A stretch of 64,000 nt of DNA from Geopsychrobacteraceae bacterium (GTDB taxonomy: Bacteria; Desulfobacterota; Desulfuromonadia; Desulfuromonadales; Geopsychrobacteraceae): NCBI GenBank assembly GCA_963662315.1, contig OY759353.1:1120001-1184000 (forward strand). Direction: 5' to 3'. How positions within the stretch are numbered: position 1 is the stretch's first letter; every line of letters starts with the position of its first letter. Made by a program: the position numbers and the translations under genes. A model generated the notes under the pieces. The model did no database searches. It was not told the DNA's origin and saw nothing but the letters and a program-made list of their open reading frames with translations. Shown here one piece after another: positions 9,880 to 20,945 of this stretch.

Positions 9880-11067
9880 CTATTGATATAAATGAACGAT
9901 TTTTGAAGCCGCAACAAAATCAACCGGCTGTTCTTTCAACCAGGCTACTTCCTGCTCCAGAGCCTCAAAAGTTTCCTTGTAGGGATGACAGATGGCTATA
10001 ATCTCCCGATTTTTACTGGCCATACTCACCATCTTTCTGATTTGTTTACGTATATACGTAACATCTTCTTCGTTATCGAGAAAGATGTTGCGCGTCCCCG
10101 TGGCAAGCCCCATTTTTCTGGCCTCGTTAAAGGCTACGGAACTACCAATGGTGCGGCTATCAATAAAAAAGAAATTGTTCTTTTTAAGCTCTTCAAGGAC
10201 AACCTGCATGGCATGAGCATCTTCAGTAAAGCGTGATCCCATGTGATTATTGCTACCTACAGCACCGGGCAATTCGGCGATATAGGAGCGGACCAACTGC
10301 CGTTGTTGTTCGGGAGACTGTTCAACAAGCAAAGCATCTTTCCCAGGATTGGTTCGGGGATAACTGCGAGGCTGCATCGGCATATGAATCATGAATTCAT
10401 GGTTTGCTTCTTTTAGTATCTGTGAAGATTTCCGGGCAAATTCAGTCCCCGGCAAAATAGCAGGAGTAACAGGAATTCCCAGTTCGATCAATTTGCGAAC
10501 CTTATGCAACGATCCGCCCATATCATCCATGATAAGAGCGATGCGGCCCTGCTTGGCAGCCACTGTCCGCGGGATTTTATAACGCATTTCCAGACGTAAT
10601 TGCCCCTGCCAGAACAGACTGATGGTTCCACGCTGACGATCACTCTGCAACCGCGCCGGAGCCCCCGTCTGCAAAAGATGGGTATCTAATTCGGTCAGAA
10701 AAGCACTGCTGGGAAAATCACCAAAAATTTTCCGGATTTGAACATCACCTTCAGGCTCAAGCCGTTGCCATCCCATGGCGTCTGGCCCATTGATCAATTG
10801 TCGATCGACCAGTTCAAGGATCGCAGGAAAATCATAGTTTTTTTGTATCTTCTGCTCAATAATCCGCTGGGCGGGCTCTTCATAAACCATGGGTCGGGCA
10901 TCACTGAAACGCTCCCGTAAACCGACCAGGGCAAACAGACATACAATAACAAAGAGGATCAGAAATACTGAAGCAAGAACGATTCTTAGCGACTGACTCA
11001 ACTCTTTTCTGGAGTCTTTTTTAGGCGTTACTGTCTTCTTTCCACGAGCTGTCTTTTTTGTTGCCAT
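9880..11067 (-). CDS. Divergent polysaccharide deacetylase family protein (YibQ-like)
   Basis: IALIMDDMG, HMPMQP, NNHMGSRFT and FFIDSRT motifs; TM anchor. Confidence 0.92.
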   Translation of the reverse strand: MATKKTARGKKTVTPKKDSRKELSQSLRIVLASVFLILFVIVCLFALVGLRERFSDARPMVYEEPAQRIIEQKIQKNYDFPAILELVDRQLINGPDAMGWQRLEPEGDVQIRKIFGDFPSSAFLTELDTHLLQTGAPARLQSDRQRGTISLFWQGQLRLEMRYKIPRTVAAKQGRIALIMDDMGGSLHKVRKLIELGIPVTPAILPGTEFARKSSQILKEANHEFMIHMPMQPRSYPRTNPGKDALLVEQSPEQQRQLVRSYIAELPGAVGSNNHMGSRFTEDAHAMQVVLEELKKNNFFFIDSRTIGSSVAFNEARKMGLATGTRNIFLDNEEDVTYIRKQIRKMVSMASKNREIIAICHPYKETFEALEQEVAWLKEQPVDFVAASKIVHLYQ

Positions 11068-11113
11068 GTCAAACCATCAATCTTGAATTATAGACTCCAA
11101 ACGAGTCTGAAGT

Positions 11114-12382
11114 TTAATGCCGGGTAAGAATCGTCAGCCCCTTTAACAGCTCCACAGCGCGCTGTAGCTGATAATCATCAGAGAGGTCCTTAACATTCGT
11201 CGCCTCTCGGTCAGCAACCTCAACCTCATTGGAGGGGACAGTCGGCTGAAAATGGTTCTGAAGATCTGTTTCTCGAACACCGTTGTCAGAATGATCGAAC
11301 AGCCCCTGCTGGCGCGGAACAAGGATATCTGGAGAGATGCCAAGCGCCTGAATAGAACGCCCGTTGGGAGTAAAATAACGAGCAGTTGTTAATTTTAGCC
11401 CAGAATCATCACTCATGGGAATCATCGTCTGAACGGAACCTTTGCCGAAACTTTGCTCCCCCATAATGACAGCACGCCCATGATCCTGCAGAGCACCGCT
11501 GACGATTTCCGCAGCACTGGCGCTGCCACCGTTAATCAGGACGATTAACGGGTAATCCGGCTCGGTATTTTCAGGATGGGCGCGAAATTCAAGTTGTGAC
11601 TGGGGATCTCTGCCTTGGGTGTAAACAATCAAGCCAGTATCAATAAACAAGTCACTGACTGCCACCGCTTGTTCCAGAAGGCCACCGGGATTATTCCTCA
11701 AATCAAGAATAACCCCCTGTAATTTCTGATCGGGTCTACTCTTTTTAAGGGCAGCGAGTTCTTCTATAAGCTCATCCGAGGTTCTATCCTGAAATTGAGC
11801 GATGCGCACATAGCCGTAACGTTCTTCTAAAAGCTGCCCTTTTACACTGACAATCTGAATCATTTCACGAACTAGATTAAGAGCGATTGGTTCAATAACT
11901 CCGGGACGTTTAATTAATAATTTAACAGGTTTGCCTTCTGGTCCCCGGAGCATGGCCACAGCTTCCATGACGTCTATATCTGCAGTTGAAACTTCATCGA
12001 TTGCCACAATTTCATCCCCTGATTGAATTCCAGCCTTATCCGCTGGAGTCCCCTCAATGGGAGAAACCACCAACAATGAATTATTCTGCAGGGTTATTTC
12101 AATACCAAGGCCACCAAACTCACCATGGGTATCAGCCTCCATTTCCAAAAACATTTCCGGGGTTAAGAAACTGCTATGGGGGTCAAGGGTCGCTAGCATG
12201 CCACGGACAGCACCATAAATAAGCTGTTTTGAGTCGACCTCTTCAACATAATTGGCACGAATCAGAGAATAAATATCAGTAAAAATTTCAAGATTCTTAT
12301 AGTCCTCATCTGCCGCACAAAGGGGCGAGGCAATGGATGCCAGAAAAAACAGACTAATAATTATATATTTATAGATAGGCAT
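11114..12382 (-). CDS. ctpA: Carboxyl-terminal processing protease, S41 family
   Basis: LDPHS, PDZ domain, DLRNNPGGLL, SASAAEIV and FGKGSVQ motifs. Confidence 0.93.
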   Translation of the reverse strand: MPIYKYIIISLFFLASIASPLCAADEDYKNLEIFTDIYSLIRANYVEEVDSKQLIYGAVRGMLATLDPHSSFLTPEMFLEMEADTHGEFGGLGIEITLQNNSLLVVSPIEGTPADKAGIQSGDEIVAIDEVSTADIDVMEAVAMLRGPEGKPVKLLIKRPGVIEPIALNLVREMIQIVSVKGQLLEERYGYVRIAQFQDRTSDELIEELAALKKSRPDQKLQGVILDLRNNPGGLLEQAVAVSDLFIDTGLIVYTQGRDPQSQLEFRAHPENTEPDYPLIVLINGGSASAAEIVSGALQDHGRAVIMGEQSFGKGSVQTMIPMSDDSGLKLTTARYFTPNGRSIQALGISPDILVPRQQGLFDHSDNGVRETDLQNHFQPTVPSNEVEVADREATNVKDLSDDYQLQRAVELLKGLTILTRH

Positions 12383-12396
12383 GACATTTCCTTATA

Positions 12397-13572
12397 TCAG
12401 CGCCGTTTTAGCCAGCTTAAAGGATTAACAGGTGAGCCATTTTTGCGAATTTCAAAATACACGCTATCTCTGCCTGCCAGACCACTGTATCCCAACACAT
12501 CCCCGGCGGATACAGCATCACCGGTTTTTTTCTGCATTCTGTCAGTATGTGCATAAAGAGTATGATAACCACCTGGGTGACTAACGATAACCAGATTACC
12601 ATAACCTTTAAAATAATCAGCAAAAACGACTTTTCCTCCCGCTACGGCTTTGACTGCCTGCCCTTGGGGAGAAGCAATTTCAATACCATTACTTTCGTAA
12701 TAAGTTCCAAGTTTAGCGTCACGTTGCGTACCAAAGACAATGACAACCTGTCCCTGTAGCGGCCATCCCAGTTTCCCCCTGCCAATGGCAAAATCAGTAG
12801 CAACCGAACCACTATCCGGGGCAGACCTTATGGTTTCTACAGGTTTGGCCACCTCTTGCCGAGATATCTTATCGATCAGCTCTTTTAAAGCTTTCTCTTT
12901 TTCACGTAGAACATCAAGCTGCTGTTTCAAGCTGGCTTTATCTTTTTCAGCCTGCCCAAGTAACCTGCGTTGAAGTGTTCTTGCCTGCGCAGCAATGTCG
13001 TATTGTTCCTGTTCTTTTGCGACCGTCTTGCGATGGGCACTTTCAAGAGTCTCAAGTTCATTTAATTTCATCCTCTGCTCAGCCAGAGCGTTGCGGTAAT
13101 TATCAAGTAATTCGTTATCGCGCTGCAGAACCCTGGTCAGATATTGATATTGCTGCACCATCTCGGTTGGTGATTCTGCAGAAAAAAGGATTTTCAAAGG
13201 GCCAATTTCCCCCTCTTTATAAAGAACAACAAGACGTTTCTCAAGACGCTGACGACTGGTAGTGACGGCTCTCTGACTTTTATTGATGGAGACTTCCTGC
13301 TCACGAATTTTTGTCCTGAGTTCGGCCTGCTCCTTTTTAACCGCATTAAGCCGTTGATCAATGCGCTGCAGATTACGCTTAAGCAAAGCCAATTCTCGTG
13401 CCAAATCCAGCTCTACCTTCGCTTTATCCTTTAACGCACGTTCGGCTTTATCTATCCGTTCAGCAACCTGTTTAAGCTGAATTCTATTTTCATCAGGATC
13501 GGCGGCCAAGCACATGGTGCTTAAGCAATAAAGAGCAACAACCACAAGAAGAGAGATTCTGGTAAACATCAT
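12397..13572 (-). CDS. envC: Murein hydrolase activator EnvC (coiled coil plus degenerate M23 domain)
   Basis: Signal peptide, long coiled coil, M23-like C-terminus; downstream of ftsX. Confidence 0.88.
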   Translation of the reverse strand: MMFTRISLLVVVALYCLSTMCLAADPDENRIQLKQVAERIDKAERALKDKAKVELDLARELALLKRNLQRIDQRLNAVKKEQAELRTKIREQEVSINKSQRAVTTSRQRLEKRLVVLYKEGEIGPLKILFSAESPTEMVQQYQYLTRVLQRDNELLDNYRNALAEQRMKLNELETLESAHRKTVAKEQEQYDIAAQARTLQRRLLGQAEKDKASLKQQLDVLREKEKALKELIDKISRQEVAKPVETIRSAPDSGSVATDFAIGRGKLGWPLQGQVVIVFGTQRDAKLGTYYESNGIEIASPQGQAVKAVAGGKVVFADYFKGYGNLVIVSHPGGYHTLYAHTDRMQKKTGDAVSAGDVLGYSGLAGRDSVYFEIRKNGSPVNPLSWLKRR

Positions 13573-14468
13573 TAGATTCGCACAAAACGACGCAACGAAG
13601 AAAGACTGCCCAAAACACCAAGCAACGCCCCGGAGAAGATCAGAATCAACTGTTGCGAAAAGGTCAGAAACAGCAGATCAAAGTCTGTGGGGGTTAACCA
13701 AAAGCTATGAAGGCTACGAGCTATAATCAGGGAATAAGACAACCCAAGAAACACCAGAGACAGCACACCGCCGACCAAACCCTGGATAGCACCCTCCAAC
13801 ATAAAAGGAATCTTTATGAAGCGCATGGTCGCTCCGACCAACGCCATGATCTCAAGTTCGTCACGCCGTGCGTACAAGGTCAGTTTTATCGTATTTGACA
13901 CGATAAACAGCGCTGCCAACAGCAAGAACCCCCCAAGGATCATACCCACATAGCGCAACATATGGACAAAATTATTAAAACGCTGCAGCCACTCCTGACC
14001 GTAGCGCAGATCCTGAGTACCCAATAAACCTTCCAGCGTAGTTATAAACGCAGAGATACCTTCCTGATTGCGGTACTGGGGATGTAAAGAGATTTCAAAA
14101 GACGCTGGCAGAATGCTTGAACTGACCCCCTCCAACAATCCCTTATCATCGCCGAGACGTTCTTTAAAGCGTGACATGGCCTCTTCCTGAGAGACGTAGA
14201 TAATGTCTTCAACTTCAGGATTATCCTTGATCTTTTTTACCAGCGCAGGAAGTTCAGACTGAGATGGGGCGTTTTCAAGATAAGCGATAACCTGTATCTC
14301 TGAAGTCCAACGTTTGGCGAGCTGCTCAACATTTACGACAACCAGGAAAAAGGTAGCAACGGTTGCCAAGGCAACGGCCATGGTCAGAATTGAGGCGATA
14401 CAAAGAAAAGGCCACTGACGCATATTACGCAGTGCCCGTACAATGAAATATCTGAGACTTTCCAGCAC
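13572..14468 (-). CDS. ftsX: Cell division permease FtsX
   Basis: VSNTIKLTLYARRDELEIMALVGAT..FIKIPF.LEG. Confidence 0.95.
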   Translation of the reverse strand: MLESLRYFIVRALRNMRQWPFLCIASILTMAVALATVATFFLVVVNVEQLAKRWTSEIQVIAYLENAPSQSELPALVKKIKDNPEVEDIIYVSQEEAMSRFKERLGDDKGLLEGVSSSILPASFEISLHPQYRNQEGISAFITTLEGLLGTQDLRYGQEWLQRFNNFVHMLRYVGMILGGFLLLAALFIVSNTIKLTLYARRDELEIMALVGATMRFIKIPFMLEGAIQGLVGGVLSLVFLGLSYSLIIARSLHSFWLTPTDFDLLFLTFSQQLILIFSGALLGVLGSLSSLRRFVRI

Positions 14469-14526
14469 AGCTGGCCCCTCCGGTGAGTTGGAATAGGTTT
14501 AGGTGAGAAAGTTCTTAACACGAAAA

Positions 14527-15201
14527 TTATAGCTGAAGGGGCTGCTGATCACCAATCAGTTTTCCTTGATCAAGAGTGATAACTCGCCGTGGAAAACGAC
14601 GATTCAGGTCATGATCATGAGTCGCAAGTAAAACCGTTGTACCTCTGGCGTTGGCGCGTTTAAACAGCTCCATAATCTCCATGGTAACCTCGTGATCAAG
14701 GTTACCACTGGGCTCATCAGCCAACAAAATCAGTGGATCGACGACCAGGGCACGTGCGATGGCAATGCGCTGTTGCTCACCACCGGATAGCTCAAGTGGT
14801 TTCCTCTGCAAACGATGCTCTAAACCGACTTCCTTCAGAGCCTGATAAACCTTTTTGCTGACTTCAAAGCGCTTTTTCCCCTGTGCCTCCAGGGCAAAAG
14901 CAACATTTTCATAAACAGTCCGGCTATGAAGCAGCTTGAAGTCCTGGAAAACGACGCCGATTTTACGGCGCAAGTATGGAATCTGAGAACTGCGGATGCG
15001 GGAGACATTCTGCCGGTCGATCAGAATCTGCCCACGGGTAGGTTTTTCAGCAGCGTAAAGCATCCGGAGAAAGGTCGACTTCCCTGCTCCGGACGCTCCG
15101 GTCACGTAAACAAAATCCCCCTTGGGGATTTGCAGAGTCAGATCCTTGATGGCAACAGAGTCACTCGAATATTTTTTTGTCACATTATAGAGTTGAATCA
15201 T
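14527..15201 (-). CDS. ftsE: Cell division ATP-binding protein FtsE
   Basis: [23 protein letters not shown] and [14 protein letters not shown] motifs. Confidence 0.96.
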   Translation of the reverse strand: MIQLYNVTKKYSSDSVAIKDLTLQIPKGDFVYVTGASGAGKSTFLRMLYAAEKPTRGQILIDRQNVSRIRSSQIPYLRRKIGVVFQDFKLLHSRTVYENVAFALEAQGKKRFEVSKKVYQALKEVGLEHRLQRKPLELSGGEQQRIAIARALVVDPLILLADEPSGNLDHEVTMEIMELFKRANARGTTVLLATHDHDLNRRFPRRVITLDQGKLIGDQQPLQL

Positions 15202-15266
15202 TGGCCACTACTAACTGGTCTTAATACTAAAACCATGAATACAAGGAAATACTCGCAAACGGTCTT

Positions 15267-16268
15267 TTAACCCTGAGCCTGAACTGCAGTAATGGCTGTA
15301 ACGTTAACAATATCTTCAACAGAACAGCCACGGGACAGATCATTAACAGGCTTGGCAAGCCCCTGAATAACAGGACCAACCGCTTCGGCACCTGCGAAAC
15401 GCTGAACCAGCTTATAGCCGATATTACCAGCGTCAAGATCAGGGAAAACAAAGGTATTCGCTTTACCGGCAACTGTTGAACCTGGAGCTTTCTTGGTGGC
15501 GACACTCGGGATGATAGCAGCATCGGCCTGGAGTTCACCATCAATTGCCAATTCAGGAGCAAGTTTCTTGGCAATTTCAACAGCTTCGATAACCTTGTTG
15601 CAGTCATCATGCTTGGCACTGCCTTTAGTTGAAAAACTCAACATGGCAACCCGGGCATCGACGCCCAGGAAACTCTTGCAACTGGCAGCTGTACTGACCG
15701 CAATTTCAGCCAGAGCCTGAGCATCAGGGTTCGGGTTAACGGCGCAGTCAGCAAAACACATAACCCCATTTTCGCCAAACTCAGGAGTTTTAGTCACCAT
15801 CAGGAAGACAGAAGAAACGGTTTTCATTCCTGGGGCAGTACCAACTACCTGAAAAGCGGCACGTAACACATCCCCAGTGGTATTGTACGCACCGGCAACT
15901 GCGCCACCGGCAGCACCTTTACGAACCATCATTGCGCCAAAGAACAGATTGTCATCTGCGGTTAGAAGTGCCTTAGCGTCTTCCCGGGACAAACCTTTTT
16001 TCTTGCGCAATTCAACCAGTTCATCAACGTAATCTTCAAGCAGATCTGAAGTCTTAGGGTCAATTAAAGTAACACCGGCAAGGGAAACTCCAAGCTCAGC
16101 AGCCTTGGCGTTAAGAGCATCAGGATTGCCAAGCAGCACAACATTGGCAAGGTTATCAGCAACAACCTGTGCAGAAGCCTGAATCATACGATCATCATAT
16201 CCTTCAGGTAAAACGACTGTCTGGACGTTTGTCTTGGCTTTCTCTTTGATTTGATCAACAAGATGCAT
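15267..16268 (-). CDS. pta: Phosphate acetyltransferase (short form)
   Basis: VVLPEG, FADCAVNPNP, SFSTKGS, DGELQADAA and PVNDLSRGCS motifs. Confidence 0.96.
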   Translation of the reverse strand: MHLVDQIKEKAKTNVQTVVLPEGYDDRMIQASAQVVADNLANVVLLGNPDALNAKAAELGVSLAGVTLIDPKTSDLLEDYVDELVELRKKKGLSREDAKALLTADDNLFFGAMMVRKGAAGGAVAGAYNTTGDVLRAAFQVVGTAPGMKTVSSVFLMVTKTPEFGENGVMCFADCAVNPNPDAQALAEIAVSTAASCKSFLGVDARVAMLSFSTKGSAKHDDCNKVIEAVEIAKKLAPELAIDGELQADAAIIPSVATKKAPGSTVAGKANTFVFPDLDAGNIGYKLVQRFAGAEAVGPVIQGLAKPVNDLSRGCSVEDIVNVTAITAVQAQG

Positions 16269-16419
16269 ACTTTCCTCCTCTAGAATGATGCAAATTAAAT
16301 CTTGAATAATTAAACCTGCAGCGTATCGTTATACAAATTGGTACGGCGAGGGTCAATCCTTTTCCTTGCAAAAGGCACGGTCTTCAAGAGACTAGCTGAA
16401 CACCGCTGAACACATTATA

Positions 16420-17511
16420 ATGACAGACATTATGACTCATCAGAAAATGACACGCCACCCAAACAATCGCACGCGACTCTTTTACGTCTGCCTGCTGTCC
16501 TCCTTAGTCCTTCATGTCTTGATGGCTATCGGTGTTTATTATTACCAACCGTCAGAGATTCCACGAACACAAAAGGAAACGACAACGGTTAAATTGGTAA
16601 ACAAACCAATTATAAAACAGAAAGAAGACCCACTCTCCCAGAAAAAGAAAGATCAATACGAGTTAGACCCTCTTCCTGTCCCACCTGCAAAAAAAGAGGC
16701 TGACAAAATTGAACGTGAAGGGAGGGAGAAAACGGTTGAAACACATCGCAAATCAGACCACGATCAATGGGTTGAAAAAGAGCAGGCCCGGTCAGGGCAA
16801 GACAATGTTGATGAGACTAAAATCCCGTCAAACCTCGCTGTGTCTTCAAAATTAAACAACACCCAGGAATCAAACACGGTGAGTAGCAGGCCAAAAGAAG
16901 AATCTAAGGCTATTAATAACATTACTCCCAAACCGGACTCCCCTGAAGGAAAACACATTTCTTCTCCGGGTCAAAAGGTTGTTGTCCCCTCTCCTCCACA
17001 ATCTAAGCCAACGGAAGAATCACCACAGCAGCCAGTAATCCCATTAAATAATCTTTTTCCTGACAGGCAGACTCTTAACCGTATTGCACAGGGAAAACTT
17101 GGCTACCAAGACCTAACCCAAAAACGCGAGGATATTGCTAGCGGCGATATTACCTGGCTCAATCTTCAGTCAGGGCCCCTGGCTTCATTTTTTCGCAGGT
17201 TTAACAATAGGATTGAAATGGTTTGGAACTACCCCCGAGAAGCAATAAAGGACAAACTTCAGGGAACTGTTGAGCTTCTAATCATTATCAATAAAGAGGG
17301 CGAGCTGATCGATGTTTTGCCGATCAAAAGCAGCGGGGCAGATATTTTGGATCTACAAGCAATCGAAGCAGTATACGCAGCGGCACCATTTGGCCCGCTC
17401 GGCAAATACTACCAACAGAACACTGTTAAAATTAGAGCGCATTTCACATACTTTTTTATAGATGAAGCACCTCGACGCTACATCTACGGCCTAAAGTCTC
17501 CATTCCTATAA
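16420..17511 (+). CDS. TonB-family energy transducer (TonB C-terminal domain protein)
   Basis: SSLVLH TM motif, Pro/Lys-rich linker, WNYP..A....QGTV...KSSG..ILD..AIEAV..AAPF. Confidence 0.8.
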   Translation: MTDIMTHQKMTRHPNNRTRLFYVCLLSSLVLHVLMAIGVYYYQPSEIPRTQKETTTVKLVNKPIIKQKEDPLSQKKKDQYELDPLPVPPAKKEADKIEREGREKTVETHRKSDHDQWVEKEQARSGQDNVDETKIPSNLAVSSKLNNTQESNTVSSRPKEESKAINNITPKPDSPEGKHISSPGQKVVVPSPPQSKPTEESPQQPVIPLNNLFPDRQTLNRIAQGKLGYQDLTQKREDIASGDITWLNLQSGPLASFFRRFNNRIEMVWNYPREAIKDKLQGTVELLIIINKEGELIDVLPIKSSGADILDLQAIEAVYAAAPFGPLGKYYQQNTVKIRAHFTYFFIDEAPRRYIYGLKSPFL

Positions 17512-17613
17512 AAATCAGGAACTTAAACAATCAATTATAAATCAAATTATTAACAGTTAAAAACATCGCTGCTCTGTCTCAAAAATAATTGTATAATGCG
17601 AAAAAGCTGCAAC

Positions 17614-19062
17614 TCACCAGCGCAACTTAGGCTTTCGAGCGGCCGTCGCTTCATCAAGCCGTTTAACTTTAGCTCTGGTCGGAGCGCTCCTTAGAATTTC
17701 CGGATCCGTCTCCGCTTCTTTTGCAATTGCCAGCAGCGCATCACAGAAGTCATCGATGGTCTGTTTGCTCTCTGTTTCGGTGGGTTCAATCATAAGCGCC
17801 CCACGCACAACCAGAGGAAAATAGATTGTCGGTGGATGATACCCGTAATCGATTAACCGTTTGGCCACATCAAGGGTGTGGCATTCATTTTTCAGGCTGG
17901 CTTCAGAAAAAACGACTTCATGCAGTGACCGTTGCTTATGCGGCAAGTCATATACCCCTTCCAAACGGGCCCTGATATAGTTGGCATTTAATACAGCTAG
18001 CTGAGTTGCCGTTTTCAGTCCATCTCCTCCCATCGCCAGAATATAACTGTAGGCTCGGACGAGAATCCCGAAATGACCATAAAAAGCCTTCACCCTGCCA
18101 ATTGACTGTGGGCGATTATAGTCGAGTTTATAAGATTCCCCATCCTTCACAACCACTGGAGTCGGTAAAAAGGGAAGCAACTTTTCACAAACGCCGACGG
18201 GACCAGCCCCAGGGCCGCCGCCACCATGAGGGGTTGAAAAAGTCTTATGCAGGTTAAAGTGCATGACATCAATACCAAGGTCGCCAGGGCGACTGATTCC
18301 CATCAGCGCATTCAGGTTAGCACCGTCACTGTAAACCAGCCCGCCACCGGCATGGACAACTTCACAGATTTCACGGATTTCAGCTTCGAACAATCCAAGG
18401 GTATTGGGATTGGTGATCATCAATGCAGCGACATCATCGTCCATGACCCTGGCGATGGCATCCTTGCTCAACATGCCATCGGTTGCCACAGTCACAACCT
18501 CATAACCACACAAAGCGGCAGAGGCCGGGTTGGTCCCATGGGCGGTATCAGGAATGATAACCTTGGTCCGTTTGTGTCCGTTGGCCTCATGCCAAGCCCG
18601 AATCATCAGCATGCCGGCAAATTCACCATGAGCGCCGGCAGCAGGTTGCAGAGTAACAGCTGGAAAACCGGATATCTCAGCCAGATTCTGCTGCAGAATA
18701 TGCATCAGCTCTAGAGCTCCCTGAGTCAAAACTTCAGGAGTCTGGGGGTGAATGGTAGAAAAACCGGGTAGTCTGGCCGCCGCTTCATTGACTTTCGGAT
18801 TGTATTTCATGGTACAGCTGCCAAGCGGATAAAACCCGCTGTCGACACCGTAATTCCAAGTCGAAAGGCGCGTATAGTGGCGCACGACATCAACCTCGGA
18901 AAGTTCAGGAAAACCATCAATCTGATCGCGTAACAGGGCAGCGTCGGGGGTCACAAGGGGAACATCCACTGCGGGCAGACTGTATCCGATACGCCCGGGT
19001 TGAGAACGTTCAAACAACAAAAGTTCATCAAGAACGAGGCCACGACCTTCGGCACTAATCAT
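17614..19062 (-). CDS. gcvPB: Glycine dehydrogenase subunit 2
   Basis: [12 protein letters not shown] and [18 protein letters not shown] (PLP lysine). Confidence 0.97.
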   Translation of the reverse strand: MISAEGRGLVLDELLLFERSQPGRIGYSLPAVDVPLVTPDAALLRDQIDGFPELSEVDVVRHYTRLSTWNYGVDSGFYPLGSCTMKYNPKVNEAAARLPGFSTIHPQTPEVLTQGALELMHILQQNLAEISGFPAVTLQPAAGAHGEFAGMLMIRAWHEANGHKRTKVIIPDTAHGTNPASAALCGYEVVTVATDGMLSKDAIARVMDDDVAALMITNPNTLGLFEAEIREICEVVHAGGGLVYSDGANLNALMGISRPGDLGIDVMHFNLHKTFSTPHGGGGPGAGPVGVCEKLLPFLPTPVVVKDGESYKLDYNRPQSIGRVKAFYGHFGILVRAYSYILAMGGDGLKTATQLAVLNANYIRARLEGVYDLPHKQRSLHEVVFSEASLKNECHTLDVAKRLIDYGYHPPTIYFPLVVRGALMIEPTETESKQTIDDFCDALLAIAKEAETDPEILRSAPTRAKVKRLDEATAARKPKLRW

Positions 19063-20408
19063 TGCTCACCTCCTGCCAAGACTGTTACCAGCCGGTCTAT
19101 CTGCTCTTTGGTATTTTGTTCGGTAACACAAACCAGAAGACCATCTTCAAGTCCAGGATAGTCACGGCCAAGAGAAATGCCAGGCAAGATCTGATCCTCT
19201 TCCAGACGTTTTTTCAACTCAGCGACAGTTTCATCACAACGAATAACAAACTCATTGAAATGAGGGCCTGAGAAAGCTAGTTCAAACCCGGGGATTTGAG
19301 CAATTAGCTCCTTGGCGTACACGGCTTTGGAATAGTTCAATTCAGCGAGCTTTCGCAACCCCTGTTTACCATGGAGAGCCAGATAAATACCAACCATCAG
19401 GGTACACATGCCCTGATTGGAGCAAATGTTCGATGTTGCTTTTTCACGCCGGATGTGCTGCTCACGGGTAGCAAGGGTCAGAACAAAGCCACGCTTGCCA
19501 TCCTGATCAACTGTCTCACCAACCAGACGCCCGGGCAACGCCCGCATATCTTTATTTTTTACCGCAAAGAACCCAATCCCCGGCCCTCCGTAGGACAAGG
19601 GGATACCAAAGCTTTGTCCTTCCCCAACAACGATATCAATACCTAACTCTCCAGGAGACTTGAACAATGCTAAAGCAAGAGGTTCAGCGACAGCGACAAT
19701 AGAACGGGCTCCACTCTGTTCAGCCAGTGCAGCGACCGCCTTGAGATCTTCTATCTGACCAAAATAATTGGGATAACCAACGACGATTGCAGCGGTATTA
19801 TCATCTAGCAATGTTGCAATATCAGTATCGGCGGTCAGGCCGCTGGGGGCCGGAACCGTAACCAGTTCGACATCAAGATACTGACAATAGGTCGCTACGG
19901 TCTGCCGATAATGTGGATGAAGAGCACCTGACAACAGGACACGATTTTTCTTACGCGTGGTCCGTAACGCCAGCAGGACAGCTTCAGCGCAAGCTGAGGC
20001 ACCGTCATACATGGATGCGTTGGCGACATCCATTCCGGTGAGCTGACAGATCATGGTCTGAAACTCGAAGATTGCCTGCAAGGTCCCCTGGCTTATTTCT
20101 GGTTGATAAGGGGTATAGGCTGTATAGAATTCGCTACGGCTGACCAGATGGTCAACAACAGCCGGGATAAAATGGTTATAGGCCCCCCCACCCAAAAAAC
20201 TATCCCACTCCGAAAGACGGGCATTTTTTGCTGCCAGCCGGTTTAACTGCCTCATGGCTTCTGCTTCAGAGAGCCCAGCGGGAAGATCCAGATTGCGTTG
20301 TAAGCGGCAGGCAGCCGGAATGCCAGAAAATAATTGATCCACAGACTGCACACCGATAGTTTGCAGCATCTGCTGTATGTCTGACTCGGTATGGGGCAAA
20401 TAACGCAT
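19059..20408 (-). CDS. gcvPA: Glycine dehydrogenase subunit 1
   Basis: [14 protein letters not shown] and [17 protein letters not shown]; start moved to MRYLPH. Confidence 0.96.
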   Translation of the reverse strand: MRYLPHTESDIQQMLQTIGVQSVDQLFSGIPAACRLQRNLDLPAGLSEAEAMRQLNRLAAKNARLSEWDSFLGGGAYNHFIPAVVDHLVSRSEFYTAYTPYQPEISQGTLQAIFEFQTMICQLTGMDVANASMYDGASACAEAVLLALRTTRKKNRVLLSGALHPHYRQTVATYCQYLDVELVTVPAPSGLTADTDIATLLDDNTAAIVVGYPNYFGQIEDLKAVAALAEQSGARSIVAVAEPLALALFKSPGELGIDIVVGEGQSFGIPLSYGGPGIGFFAVKNKDMRALPGRLVGETVDQDGKRGFVLTLATREQHIRREKATSNICSNQGMCTLMVGIYLALHGKQGLRKLAELNYSKAVYAKELIAQIPGFELAFSGPHFNEFVIRCDETVAELKKRLEEDQILPGISLGRDYPGLEDGLLVCVTEQNTKEQIDRLVTVLAGGEQ

Positions 20409-20511
20409 AGACATCCCTTCTTGTATAAACAGGCTGTTGAATTTATTACACGTCAGTGACCTCTTCAGTAACGTTTTCAACAGCCAGTTAGAGAGTCATT
20501 TACATCTTTAT

Positions 20512-20895
20512 TTATTCCTGTTCGATAAACTCCTGATAAGCATCCGCATCCATCAGATCATCAAGTTCTGACGGATCAGTCAATTTAATTTTAATCAACC
20601 AGCCATCGTCATACGGAGAACTATTAATTGTTTCAGGTTCTTCGGGCAATTCGTCGTTAACTTCGACAATCTGACCGCTGACCGGTGCATAGATATCTGA
20701 TACAGCTTTGACCGATTCTACAACCCCGAAACTTTTTCCAGCCTCGACCTCATCACCAACTTCCGGCAATTCAACAAAAACAACATCACCGAGTTGCTCC
20801 TGAGCAAAATCGGTAATACCGATGGTGACAACGTCCTCTTCAACCAGAACCCATTCATGTTCTTCTGTGTACTTCAGTTCTTCTGGAAAATCCAT
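20512..20895 (-). CDS. gcvH: Glycine cleavage system H protein
   Basis: [23 protein letters not shown] and ESVKAVSD (lipoyl Lys). Confidence 0.97.
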   Translation of the reverse strand: MDFPEELKYTEEHEWVLVEEDVVTIGITDFAQEQLGDVVFVELPEVGDEVEAGKSFGVVESVKAVSDIYAPVSGQIVEVNDELPEEPETINSSPYDDGWLIKIKLTDPSELDDLMDADAYQEFIEQE

Positions 20896-20945
20896 GGATA
20901 CCTCCTCAATGCAAATATAACCCTATCAGGGCCGTTATATATTGG

